A stretch of 63,903 nt of DNA, counting the filler, from Octopus bimaculoides (lineage: Eukaryota), in NCBI RefSeq assembly GCF_001194135.2. It is 5 parts of 5 records of this genome, joined end to end, with 100 filler letters (N's around TTAATTAATTAA, not from the genome) between each part and the next. Parts side by side here need not be neighbours in the genome. Positions count along the whole stretch, not along the records: positions 1 to 8,101 come from NC_068986.1; positions 8,202 to 30,472 come from NC_068993.1; 3 more parts are not named here. The stretch is one strand, 5' to 3'. Below are positions 1 through 13,260 of the stretch, in pieces. The notes under the pieces were generated by a model. It had not been told where the DNA came from. It did no database searches and saw only the letters and a program-made list of their open reading frames with translations. Both the position numbers and the translations under genes were made by a program. Numbering within the stretch: the first letter of the stretch is position 1; the number at the start of each line of letters is the position of its first letter.

Positions 1-54
<54 letters not shown>

Positions 55-249
55 GGTCGGCCCGAGGCTATAGTAGAAGATATCTGCTCAAGTTCTCACG
101 GAACCATGTGGTTGGACAGCAAGCTCCTTACCACAAAGACACTCCTGCACCTGCGTATATCTATATCTACATATATGTGTGTGTGTGTTTTTGTGTGTGT
201 GTATGTGTATACATATGTGGTGGTTCTATATATATCTATATATCACTTT

Positions 250-610
250 AAATAAAACCCTTGATTCAATAACACTGTGTACAAACTCGATAAAGGGAAT
301 AACCAATTTTAAAGACTATTGGATTTTACTTATGAGGTATTGGAATCTTATATGTATACCATTCTGCCTAAATAATGCATTTACAAATACAATATCCCTG
401 CATATCTGACATCTCGTTTCGTTTCTCCAATTCACTTTCTATTTCGTATCTTATCTAAATTAACTATTGCTTAACCATATTCTCACACCGTCTCCGATGA
501 AGGGATTTAATAGATATCCTGGAAACAGCTGTAAGAACTTCTATTTCTAAATGTTCTTAAATGTACACAGCCTTGGTTTTTGTTTTTCATCTCATTACGA
601 AAAGTAAATC
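250..610 (+). mobile_element. Penelope-like (pLTR-type) fragment P2
   Basis: Carries a hammerhead motif, lies between TA/TATC microsatellites, and resembles 43185-43415. Confidence 0.45.
491..536 (+). ncRNA. Degenerate minimal hammerhead motif (family P2)
   Basis: TCT-CCGATGA-A-GGGAT-[9]-ATCCT-G-GAAAC-AGCT-GTA-AGA. Palindromic AGCT loop and GUA triplet, but core U4 is changed to C. Confidence 0.5.
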
Positions 611-617
611 TTTATAC

Positions 618-669
<52 letters not shown>

Positions 670-1509
670 ATATATATATANNNNNNNNNNNNNNNNNNNN
701 NNNNNNNNNNNNNNNNNNNNNNNNNNNNNNNNNNNNNNNNNNNNNNNNNNNNNNNNNNNNNNNNNNNNNNNNNNNNNNNNNNNNNNNNNNNNNNNNNNNN
801 NNNNNNNNNNNNNNNNNNNNNNNNNNNNNNNNNNNNNNNNNNNNNNNNNNNNNNNNNNNNNNNNNNNNNNNNNNNNNNNNNNNNNNNNNNNNNNNNNNNN
901 NNNNNNNNNNNNNNNNNNNNNNNNNNNNNNNNNNNNNNNNNNNNNNNNNNNNNNNNNNNNNNNNNNNNNNNNNNNNNNNNNNNNNNNNNNNNNNNNNNNN
1001 NNNNNNNNNNNNNNNNNNNNNNNNNNNNNNNNNNNNNNNNNNNNNNNNNNNNNNNNNNNNNNNNNNNNNNNNNNNNNNNNNNNNNNNNNNNNNNNNNNNN
1101 NNNNNNNNNNNNNNNNNNNNNNNNNNNNNNNNNNNNNNNNNNNNNNNNNNNNNNNNNNNNNNNNNNNNNNNNNNNNNNNNNATATATATATATATATATA
1201 TACTATATATGTACTTTTATACGTGTTTGGTAAGTGCCATGCGCGAAATTCACTATTCCCACTGATTTAATTTCTGCAGATTAACAAGAGGAACCACAAC
1301 AACAGAAACATCAGCAATAATAATAATTCTTTCTATTATAAGCACCAGGCCTGACATTTTAGAGGAGGTGGTAGTCGATTTATCGACACCAAAATTATAA
1401 AAGCCAAAATTGACCTCGGCAGAATTCGAACTTGAACGTAAAGATGGGCGAAATGCCGCTAAGCATTACTTCCACCGCGCTAGCGATTCTACCAGCTCCT
1501 CGCCTTAAG

Positions 1510-1715
1510 AACAACAACAACAATGACAACGACAACAACAACAACACCAACAACAACAGCAACAACAACAACAACAGCAACAACAACAACAATAATAATA
1601 ATGATAATGATGATAATAATAATATTCATAATAATAATTATTATCATTTTTCTTCTTCTTCTTCTTCTTCTTCTTCTTCTTCTTCTTCTTCTTCTTTTTC
1701 CTATTATTATTATCT
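1510..1715. repeat. Compound microsatellite (AAC)n(AAT/GAT)n(TTC)n(TAT)n
   Basis: Read directly from the sequence. Confidence 0.95.
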
Positions 1716-2714
1716 GTTATTTTATTAGCCACAATGGCCTAAGACACGGAAGGCAATATCAGAGAACGACTTACAACACATGAAAACATCGATTAAAGGG
1801 AGAACCTACAACATTAAGGGATGTAAAAATGGATGCATAAATAGAAATTAGAGAAATAAATAACAAATAAATGAAAGCACAGGGGCAGGAGTGGCTGTGT
1901 TGTAAGGAGCTTGCTTACCAACCTCATGGTTCCGGTTTCAATCCCACTGCATGGCATATTGTGGAAGTGTCTTCTACTATAGACTCGGACCGACCAAAGC
2001 TTTGTGAGTGGATTTGGCAAACGGAAACTAAAAGAAGCCTGTCGTATATTTATTTATCTATCTATCTATCTATTTATCCCTTTTGATCGAACTCCCCCCT
2101 TTTTTCCTTCTTACGATCCCTTTTGATCAACACCCACCTACTTTTCTTTTTCCCCTTCCCCTCCCAAAAAGAAAAGCTCTACTTTGTATTTGTCCCATCT
2201 TTGTTGAGCCCTGTGTGGCTAATAAATGAAACGTATCTATATCAACTTTTTCAAGTAGCACTTCAAAAGGATGGTGAGAGTCGAGAGGCAAGTGTTGTCT
2301 AATGAATGTTTCCAAAAAAGATGGGTGAATGTAGCAAGGATGGCACGTATAAATCATGAAGCCACCTTGAGCGTGATCCTATGAAACGAAAAAAATTTAA
2401 TGCAGAGAGTTACTTACCTTGTGTAATTAAATCTATTAACATGTTACATTATTGCCCGTGGTTATCGTGGTCTTTTCGTAGGTTTTCCTTTCCACGGAAA
2501 AACCTCCCCATTTCTTGGGAACTTTTTGTATATATTTATCTTTCTTGTACATACCCCAAACATTTTAGATTCCTTTTGATCGTTGTCCCTACATTTTTTT
2601 TCTTTTTCCCCCATTGAAAAGAAAAACTGTACATCGTATTTGTCCCATTTGTGTTCAGCCCTGTGTGGCTAATAAAAAAAGTTATCTATCAATCTGTTTG
2701 TCTGTCTGTCTATC

Positions 2715-2850
<136 letters not shown>

Positions 2851-3767
2851 TGTGTCATTGTGTGCATGTACATGTTTCTGTGTCTGTGTTTGTCCCTCCA
2901 CCATCACTTTACAACCGATGTTGATGTGTTTACGTCCCCGTAACTTAGCGGTTCGGCTAAAGAGACCGATTGGATAAGTAGTAGGCTTACAAATGATAAG
3001 TCCTGGGGTCGATTTGTTCGATTAAAAGCAGTGCTCTAGCATGGCCGCAGCCATATGACTGAAAGAATTAAAAGAGTAAAGGAGTAAATAATTAATTAAT
3101 AAATAAATAGAATTCCCAATAGCGGAGGTGTCCAGTAAGTGTAAGTCCAGGTTAAACCCCACGCAACAATCCCAGATTAAGCTGGTATCCACAAGGCATA
3201 GGAAGGTGTTAAACATTATACAATACACGTGTACAATTACAAATCAGCGCAGATAAAGAAAGCCTACTGTTCAGATCACCAGAATATGGTGTTTAAACCA
3301 ATGCTACACCTCGAAGTATACTTCCGGTGGGATCCTCACCGGAAGTCATTTCATTTACATATTATTTGCTGAAGAACATTCCGAAGCATTCTTGTATTCT
3401 CGCTAAAATCGTGAGTTAATACGATGTGCTGTGAAATCCTTCTAAATTTTCGAATTCGATCCAACTGTCTAATAAAATCATGATTGATGATTCCAGTGAT
3501 AATTTTTTTCTTGTGTGAAGACATATATTTTTTTTTTATTGTGAAATATATTTTGGAGACAAACTTCTGTGTTGCATTCATTATGCAAGCGTTACACATA
3601 GCAATTGCCATGGTAAATTCTCGTAATATTTCTCACAAGCTCAGTAAGCATTCAGCAGTGATTACACAATCTTTTACTATAGCTGTTCTGAAACATTGTA
3701 TAGCAAGACATAATTAAGAAACACCTGAAGCACAGAGTACATTTTATTTGAGGTCACAAATGGTAGC

Positions 3768-3826
3768 ATCAGGTGTCTTCGGGAAATTTCGAACCTGGGT
3801 TCTCATTCCTAAGGTATTTTTCGATG

Positions 3827-3866
<40 letters not shown>

Positions 3867-3902
3867 NNNNNNNNNNTCTCATTCCTAAGGTATTTTTCGA
3901 TG

Positions 3903-3966
<64 letters not shown>

Positions 3967-4160
3967 CAACAACATCTAAAAATACCTTCGGAATGAGAAC
4001 CCAGGTTCGAAATTTTCCCAAGACTCCTGATGAAGGCTGGAGAGTATATCAGCTGAAACGTTGTGGTAACAACAAACAAGATGAGGGCAAATATCCGTCA
4101 TATGTAAATAATGTAAATAATGTAAATAATGTACATAATTCCCCATCTCTTAAATATAGA
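3768..4160. mobile_element. Two head-to-head Penelope-like P1 copies sharing an (ATT)n tract
   Basis: AATACCTT(A/C)GGAATGAGAACCCAGGTTCGAAATT occurs on minus (about 3768-3910) and plus (about 3965-4160). The plus copy ends in ATGTAAATA repeats. Confidence 0.6.
4023..4066 (+). ncRNA. Minimal hammerhead motif (Penelope-like family P1), stem I partly mutated
   Basis: ACTC-CTGATGA-A-GGCTG-[10]-CAGCT-GAAAC-GTT-GTGG. Confidence 0.55.
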
Positions 4161-4172
4161 ACTGTATGTATT

Positions 4173-4206
<34 letters not shown>

Positions 4207-5336
4207 TGTATGTATGTATGTATGTGTGTATGTATGTATGTGTGTATATATGTGTGCATGTATAGGTGTGTCTGTATTTGTACCCCACAAGTTTTTGACA
4301 AACGGTGTTAGCGTGTCTATGTCCAAGTGACCTAGCAACTTCGGCAAAAGAATTCGGTGGAATAAGTACCAGAGTCAGAAAACTATAATCGATGGTGCTG
4401 ATTTTTTTACGTTAAAACTTATCAGGCGGTGCCACGGCATGGTCGCAGTCCAATGACTTAGACAAGTTAAATGATAAAGATATCCGTTGCTTAGCAGAAT
4501 AAATATGCTGTGTCGGAAAGAACGTCAGATTCAGAAATTTAATTGCTTCATTCCACTGCTCGCTATGTTTCTGTACTATATTTTACAATGGAGAATTTGG
4601 AACGGAGCCAAGAACATTATTGCGATATTTGAACGTAAAAACATCACCTTAAAAGACTTCTCCATCTCGGATTATTCATTGTATCAGCCGATTCCACTCT
4701 ATTCCATCGACGCTATCATACACACTCTAAGAGGAAGTATAGAAGAATTGATTTTAAATATTAATTTTAAGGTGACACGAAAATTTCCTTAGAAGACAAC
4801 TTCTCATGAATAAAATATTATATATCTATCAAATAACATATCTTCCTAATAAACTACAGTAACTATCAAATAATATAACACTTCCACTTGTTCAATCTCG
4901 TCGTCTGAACAGCCAGCCACATCTCCTTCAGATCTTATCATACAACCTTCAAACTTGCGCATACGCAATATATATTTACTAATGCAGTATCCAATATATT
5001 TTTTAAAAAAGGATGGGATTCTTGAGGAAGGAATGCTCTTGAACACTCACTCACACACACACACACACACATATTTCATCATGCTAAACCGTTAACCTCA
5101 ACGCATTTTTTTCTCTTTTTATTTCTTCTGTCTCTCTCCCATTTTCCCCTCTAATCCATTTTCTGTTGAAGAACTTGGGCTTCAAACGCCAAAGACTTCT
5201 CCATTCTTCCTGAACATCAAACCGATGCACCTCCATCTTGATTATTATCTTGTCTTTGTTTTGTTTTGTTTTCTTTCCATTTCATGTATCTCTGTATACA
5301 TACATACATGATTACACACACGCACGTTCACATATA

Positions 5337-5447
5337 TACGAGGGGATGTATGAAAAGTTTTGAGCCTTGAAATCTTGTACCTTCATCAGAAGTCTTGTAC
5401 TATGTTTTATTTTTCTATGGCTCAAGACTGTTCATACACACCTCGTA
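5337..5447. mobile_element. 107-bp mariner-type MITE with TA target duplication
   Basis: TA-CGAGGGGATGTATGAAAAGTTTTGAGCC ... GGCTCAAGACTGTTCATACACACCTCG-TA, imperfect TIRs of about 27 bp. Confidence 0.75.
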
Positions 5448-5756
5448 TAAAGGATAAAGAATTGCGAAACCGCCAGGAGTTTCCGGACTCTGACTGATGA
5501 GGACACCTGATGGGAATGCTCCGTGCATTTTGGTTTTGTCCTGTTTCTCGTTTCTTAACTCATCGTCTATTTTTCCGTATGCTGCTTTTTGTCGTGTTCT
5601 TTCTGCCCTACTCTTGATTTACACACACACACACACACACACGCACACCCACACACACATACACACACACAAACACACGCACACGCGCATGCGCACACAC
5701 ACAATGTTCGATCTGAACTAATGTCGGCTATAAAGTGTAATTATATATGTTATATT

Positions 5757-5952
5757 CAGTTTTATATCTAAGAGATGAGGAATTATGTAGATTATTTACA
5801 TTATTTACATTATTTACATTTGACGGATATGTGTCCTCATCTTGTTTGCTGTTAACACAACATTTCGGCTGATATACCTTCCAGCCTTCATCAGGTGCCT
5901 TGGGAAAATTTCGATACTGGGTTCTCATTCCTAAGGTATTTTTCAATGTTAT
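5757..5952 (-). mobile_element. Penelope-like P1 copy
   Basis: Same sequence as 3965-4160, reversed, with hammerhead motif and ATGTAAATA repeats. Confidence 0.6.
5855..5898 (-). ncRNA. Minimal hammerhead motif (family P1), C15.2 changed to T
   Basis: GCAC-CTGATGA-A-GGCTG-[10]-CAGCC-GAAAT-GTT-GTGT. Stems I and II pair. Confidence 0.55.
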
Positions 5953-5958
5953 TATTAA

Positions 5959-6021
<63 letters not shown>

Positions 6022-6046
6022 CATCATCATTATTATTATTATTATT

Positions 6047-6213
6047 CAGTAGTTTTATTTTTATAACGTGCTTTCACTTCACTACCGAGCGCAGCTCTGT
6101 GCGCCTTGGGTATGTGCTGTGGTTTGCTGTGGTGCTCTTATGTTTACTGTATTGAAAGTGTTTTGCGTAGAATGTGTGCAGTACCCAGTAGTGCAATTTT
6201 CTGTATGTTATAT
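6047..6213 (-). mobile_element. R4/Dong-clade non-LTR retrotransposon 3' end
   Basis: ORF end NIQKIALLGTAHILRKTLSIQ*, short 3' UTR, then an (AAT)n tract. The rest lies in the N gap. Confidence 0.75.
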
Positions 6214-7034
6214 NNNNNNNNNNNNNNNNNNNNNNNNNNNNNNNNNNNNNNNNNNNNNNNNNNNNNNNNNNNNNNNNNNNNNNNNNNNNNNNNNNNNNNN
6301 NNNNNNNNNNNNNNNNNNNNNNNNNNNNNNNNNNNNNNNNNNNNNNNNNNNNNNNNNNNNNNNNNNNNNNNNNNNNNNNNNNNNNNNNNNNNNNNNNNNN
6401 NNNNNNNNNNNNNNNNNNNNNNNNNNNNNNNNNNNNNNNNNNNNNNNNNNNNNNNNNNNNNNNNNNNNNNNNNNNNNNNNNNNNNNNNNNNNNNNNNNNN
6501 NNNNNNNNNNNNNNNNNNNNNNNNNNNNNNNNNNNNNNNNNNNNNNNNNNNNNNNNNNNNNNNNNNNNNNNNNNNNNNNNNNNNNNNNNNNNNNNNNNNN
6601 NNNNNNNNNNNNNNNNNNNNNNNNNNNNNNNNNNNNNNNNNNNNNNNNNNNNNNNNNNNNNNNNNNNNNNNNNNNNNNNNNNNNNNNNNNNNNNNNNNNN
6701 NNNNNNNNNNNNNNNNNNNNNNNNNNNNNNNNNNNNNNNNNNNNNNNNNNNNNNNNNNNNNNNNNNNNNNNNNNNNNNNNNNNNNNNNNNNNNNNNNNNN
6801 NNNNNNNNNNNNNNNNNNNNNNNNNNNNNNNNNNNNNNNNNNNNNNNNNNNNNNNNNNNNNNNNNNNNNNNNNNNNNNNNNNNNNNNNNNNNNNNNNNNN
6901 NNNNNNNNNNNNNNNNNNNNNNNNNNNNNNNNNNNNNNNNNNNNNNNNNNNNNNNNNNNNNNNNNNNNNNNNNNNNNNNNNNNNNNNNNNNNNNNNNNNN
7001 NNNNNNNNNNNNNNNNNNNNNNNNNNNNNNNNNN

Positions 7035-7198
<164 letters not shown>

Positions 7199-7276
7199 AT
7201 GCCAACGGGCATATGGTGTAGTGGTTAAGAGAAGCACCAAATACGCAGAAACGAGAGAAGACATTTCATGAAGACC

Positions 7277-7700
7277 AGGCGTGGTTGCGCGGAAAGAAGT
7301 TTGTTTCCCGACCACATGGTTCCGAGTTCGGGTCCACTGCATGGCACCTTGAGCAAGTGTCCTCTACTATAGCATCTAGTCGACCAAAGCCTTGACAGTG
7401 GATTTAGCTGGCGGAAACTTAACCAAGCTCATCGTATATGTATATAGATGTGTGTGTTTGTGTGTGTGTCTGTGTGTGAGGATCTGTTCGTGTGTTTTTT
7501 CCGTCCTACCGCTTGATAGACAACCAGTACTGGTGTGTTTACGGCCTCATATCATAGCGGTTGCACTAAGGATATCAATGAAATAAATACCAGACTTTAA
7601 AAAAATCACTGGGCTCGAGTCAGTCGACTTTAAATTCTTTAAGGTGGTACCCCAACATCGCCGCAGTTTAATGGTTCAAACACGTAAAAGAGAAGAGAAA
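7277..7700 (+). mobile_element. SINE-A, full length, diverged
   Basis: Head, TG microsatellite and tail all present. Confidence 0.8.
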
Positions 7701-8101
7701 GTTGGATGATCGCGCACCAAGGATATAAGATTTCTCGACCCAAAAGAACTTGAAATGACATAGTTTGGGCAGCTTAAGGGAGAGGATAATTATTAGGGAC
7801 GTGAGGTGACTTCATCCGACAAGGAAACGCTTTTTTGCCTCAATGTGGACATATCACAACCCGCGTTTTTTTTGCTTCTTTTTTTACCAGGGTGAGTGGA
7901 AGATTTTAGTGAGATCATTGATTTATGGCTTTAAATCAAGAACTGTGGAATAGCCCGACTGTGACATCAATTTTTTCTCTTCAAAGCCAGTAATTTCTCA
8001 CCTCTCCAGCGCTAAATTAGATATTGTCATAATAAAATAGACTAAAATTAAATGAAAATCGGAGGCAGTAGATTTATTACCTTAACTATCTATTTGGCTA
8101 T

Positions 8102-8201
8102 NNNNNNNNNNNNNNNNNNNNNNNNNNNNNNNNNNNNNNNNNNNNTTAATTAATTAANNNNNNNNNNNNNNNNNNNNNNNNNNNNNNNNNNNNNNNNNNN
8201 N
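8102..8201. other. Artificial assembly spacer N44-TTAATTAATTAA-N44
   Basis: Exactly 100 bp; the motif gives stop codons in all six frames. Confidence 0.95.
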
Positions 8202-8253
<52 letters not shown>

Positions 8254-11200
8254 AATGCATCTATTCAAATGTATCGTTTTCTGTTTAAGACTCACACGCA
8301 TAAGTGATGCTTTTCCTTCTAGTATATCTCGTTCCACCTGCATGTCTGTCTGTTCCATATATAGCTCAGGTGTATATTGCACACAGCAGCAGTAAAAGGA
8401 AATAACGAACAATACAAATAACAATAGCCATCTGGACAGACAAGTATTCACTGAAATCTGATACACAGACACACGTTGTTAGGGAAGGTATGCAACAACA
8501 ACAACAATCCTCGTTTCCTTCCATTAATTATAGCAGTAATCACGTAACTCTAATTATACCACACATCAACACAGCCAACAGTAGAAGGGTTATTCGATTT
8601 GCCAAATGGAGAAAACTAATTTCTCTCAGACGTCTAAGACAAGGATGTTTCTTGCTCATAGATTTGATAGGATGGTCACGGCTTAAATATCTTTGATAAT
8701 ATTTTTCAGCATCCGCCCCTTATATGCCTATCTATTATCCATCGCTCATTACTGCGTATTACTTAGAGCAGCATCTCTCCAGTGAAGAAACCTAATGGTG
8801 GTTGATCTGTCTGGTGGAAATAGCAACTAAAAGTCCCTCAAAATTAACTCTACCATCTTAGAGAAGGACACATTATTAATACTATCCTATATACAATTTA
8901 TTTGAATAAAAACAAATGCAAAATAAAAGTTATTCCGCATGATCACGAAATATTGGAATGCATTTTAATTATAGGTCTGCTCGATCAAAAATTTTGCGAG
9001 TTAAACACCAGCATCATCAACCTCTCCTCCACCACCACCATCATATGTACCAACATCACGACCATCAACACTAACATCACAACAACAATAAAACCAGCGC
9101 CAAGTTGTCAACCAACATCTCCAGCAACACCAGCATCGTCACTAAAACAACCAATATTCACAACATTACCACTGCCATAGCAAATAAGTCACACACAAAG
9201 CTTCCTAATTTCTCAATTCCGATTTTCGTGGTGGTGGTTGTAACTGATGTCACTAAGGTTACCTCTATTGTTGCTGTTGTTGTTTTGTTACAGTTGCTAA
9301 TATTATTGCTGCTGCTGCTGCTGCTGTTGTTGTTGTTGTTGTTGTTATGGTAACAATTGCTAAAATAGCTGTTTTCTATAAAATATTGTTGTTGATAAGG
9401 AGGCGAGCAAGCAGAATCGCGAGCATGCCAGACAAAATGCTTCACTGCATTTCTTCTGGCATTACTTTCTGAGTTCAAATTGCACCGAAGTTGACTTTTC
9501 CTTTCATTCTTTCGTAGTCAATGACATAAGTACCGGTCAAGTACTTGAGTCAACCTAATAGACTTTACCTCCCCCAATATGTTAGACCTTGCGTCTATAG
9601 TAGAAAAGATATGGTCATTGTTCAAGTAACTTATCTCATGACTATTGATCTTTTTCACAATATTTGTTGTTGTTTAGTCCATGCCGTCCTTGACGAACAA
9701 ATCCGATGAGAAACAATCCAGAAATGACCACTTATTCTTTTACGGATTCCTAGTCCTTCATTATTTAATGGCAGTGTATACACTTGAGAGTGTACTCTGT
9801 TATTCCTAACAAATCGAGTGACTATATCGCGCCTACAATTTTGTATGTGTTGTTACACATGTTGTCGTTGTTGAATAGCTCCAGGACAACCCTGATTGAG
9901 CAGACCTGTTATTAAAGGCGTTACCACCGTGACGTTTCTTCACTTAGTATTTGAGTATCCTGGACTATATCCATCCTCTATGTCCCTCACCAGTCAACTC
10001 AATCAAGTGTTATTCCAGGTTCCTTTGGCTGCTGTCTCTAGTAACTTCAGCAACCACAAAGTGAATTGCCCGTTGATCCCTGCTCTTTCTACAGGTAGCT
10101 GTTGTGGCAATTTTATTCATGTTTTATCGTTGTAATTGATTTGGCTTTTATTGCTATTGGCATTTTATTGTTATTGGTAACCATACTAAAGGTGTTTTTT
10201 GTGTTCTTATTCATAATTTTATGTTTAGAGTTACTGTTTTGTTGTAGTTGTTAATGTTACATTTGTTTGTGTTTATTGTCGTTCTTGTTGTTGTTGGTGG
10301 TGGTGTTGCTGTTGTTGTAGTTGTAGTTATAGTTACACAACCGGGCGAAATGCTTAGCGGCATTTCGTCAGTCTTTACGTTCTGGGTTCAAATTCCGCCA
10401 AGATCGACTTTACCTGTTATCATTTCGGGGCTGCAAAATTAAGTACCAGTTGACGACTGGGGCCGATATAATCGACTTACACTCTTCCCTGAACTTCCTC
10501 GCCTTATGCCAAATTTTAAACCATTCGTATTATTTTTGTTTACTTGCACTGCTTCTGTGACTTCTAATGATGTTGTTGCTAATGCTACTGTTCTTAGTGT
10601 TGTTGCTAATGTAAATGGATGTTATAGCTGTTAGTATTGTCGTTGCTGCTTTTGTTGTCTGTTGTTTTTACTCTTGCACTTGTTGCAGTTGTTTGTGTTG
10701 CTACTTTTGTGTTTTAATTATTTGTGTTATTGTTGTAGTTAGAGTAGTTGTTGCCTAGGAACAGGTTACCTTTGATCAAGTAGATATATGATCAAACAGT
10801 TCTACCCATGACTGTTCCATTCATTCTCGGACACTGTATCCAAAACTATATATTAAACGATGTGTTCATTGTCTATGATGTGTAGGTGTTCTTTGGAAGA
10901 AACTAGCTACTATTAAAAGCAATTCGAACAACTTTGTGGGATCCCCCTCAATTTTTTCCATGTTGCGTCTCTATTTCCCTGTTGTAGTTTTTTTTTCTTG
11001 TTACTGGTCGTTATTAATTGCGTTGCTAATTTTTGTGCAATGTCATTGCGAAATATTTTTTATTTTGTATGATGTTTGCTGATACAACGGTTGCTATCGA
11101 TGTCATTGCGCTGAGAACATACCATTGTTAATATCGCTGACGTTGTTATTTTTTTTGCTGTTATAAGTAGTGTTACAGCTGTCGTGTCGTTAATGTGTTC

Positions 11201-12069
11201 CACGTTCATTGTTTGTGTTGTTATTGCAGTGTTAATAGTGACGGTAGTGGCGATGTTATTGCAGTTGTTCATTTTATTATTGTAGCTGTTGTCATGATTT
11301 ATTGTAAACTTTCACGTTACTGATATTGATTTCTTAATTTCCTATGAGGCCAACAGTTTCTATAATAATAACATTTTTTGGCCACATGTGGCCATATATA
11401 CAAATAACAGTCGTACATGAAGTTTACAAGAGAATCATGTGACAATGGAGAGGACAAACAAGGAGAGTGGTTAGGACGATATACAATGTGGATATTAACA
11501 ATTTTATCTCAATTAAGAATATCGAATTATATAAAGAACACTGTTTTTACAGCGAGATATAAAACGTGAAACACATATTTAGTAATTCTCCCACTTGAAG
11601 GTTGCGGGAGAGAAACCTCAGCCTGTCAGAGCTTACCAAGACTGATATTTTCGTTTTATTTTTCTGGTTTCAAAAATACTCGTGAACAATCTTTGGGACC
11701 AAGACAGTCAAGAAACTCGCTACGTTTTTGATATGATTTGTGTAAATTTTCTGGGTAACATTGATTCAGAGCCTACAATTAATGTTCTATCATTGACAGG
11801 AATTGGAAACTATCTTATTATAAGTCTTCACCAAACAATTACTCAAATAGCAATGTAGATCCATTCTGGATTAGTTCACTTTGTGTCTGAGAAAGATTGT
11901 GAATTTTACATCATTAGAAGGAATGAGCATTGTTCCACTCTTTGGAGTCTGTTGGGGTGTATATTTTGGGAGTATTTTTGACATTTTTGCTGCCCGTTTT
12001 GCTGTTTCCACACCATTTGCTGTCATTCAATCTCACCTTCCACATATTTTTCTTTTATAACACCATTTC

Positions 12070-12943
12070 TTTTTGCGGAACGTTGGAGGACGAGAACTTG
12101 TAAGTGTGAAACATTATGTCCTTAGCGAATACAATGAAACCATTGAGATTAAAAGAAAATTACAAACAGTGGCAGCTAACTGAGGAACTGAGCACATGGT
12201 AGGGTATGGAATTACGTGGTCAATTCGAAAGACAAACAAAGGAAGTAAAAGCAGAATATTTATGAAATTGGCTAACAGCTGAAATAAGCACTGAATTTAA
12301 ACTCGATAAAGATTATGTATAACTTAGATGAAAAAATAAGTGTAGGCTATGTGAAAAAAAGGGGGGAAAGTGTAGCACGCATCGTGAATGCCTATCACGT
12401 GCTTGCGCAGAGAAAATATAAAGAGCGTCATGATGAAATGTGCTTGCACTTCCACTGGTTTTTATCCAAGAAATATATATCCAACCACTGAGAAATGGTA
12501 TTGGCACAAACTAGAGAAGTTTGAAACTCATACGGGACTTTACAATCCAAACAGATAGAGCTCTTAAACATACCAGGTTATACATAAGTTTGCTGGAGAA
12601 AGGTACTGTAACGAGGTGTCTGTTAATCGATGTAGCTTGCCCAGAAGATAATTACATCAATTATAAAGAAAACTAGAATCATGTAAAATATGCAGAATTG
12701 GAAATAGATTTCGAGAAAATATGGAATTTGAAAATAAGTGATTAGAGCTCTTGGATCCGTGACGAAAAGTCCTCAGAAACACCTTGACAGATTTGAAATT
12801 TCTACCAGCAGTATAACTTTGCAAAAGACACTTTTAGAGACAGAAAATATCCTGCGGAAATTAGTGTTATAACTTGATAAGGAGTCGGTTAAATGATCCA
12901 GCATTCACAAGGTCATTATTGTGCATATAAAGAAATAACAATT

Positions 12944-13016
<73 letters not shown>

Positions 13017-13260
13017 NNNNNNNNNNGAAGAAGAAGAAGAAGAAGAAGAAGAAGAAGAAGACGATGACCATAAATATTACTTTTAATATCACTTTTACTG
13101 TAATCCCTATGAGTACATAATCCCTTTATATCTTCTAGCCTCTTGAACACGCGAACACCCCACCCATTTCCTATCTAGAAAAAATTGAAGTATCACCAAA
13201 CACTTTCCAGAACTGATAAGAAACTCAGAAGATAAGCAACTGTCATTTTCACAAACTGCA
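12070..13260 (+). pseudogene. Degenerate R4/Dong-type ORF 3' region (CCHC finger and restriction-like endonuclease)
   Basis: Broken frames read GGRELVSVK, KCRLCEK..ESVARIV..HVLAQRKYKERHD, DFTIQTDRAL, LIDVACP. Confidence 0.65.

Noticed and set aside
5160-5200. CTGTTGAAG...CAAACG hammerhead-like remnant
   Set aside because: Both core motifs are mutated; too degenerate to call.
5460-5520. Hammerhead-like GAAAC...CTGATGA arrangement
   Set aside because: Stems I and II cannot be paired convincingly.
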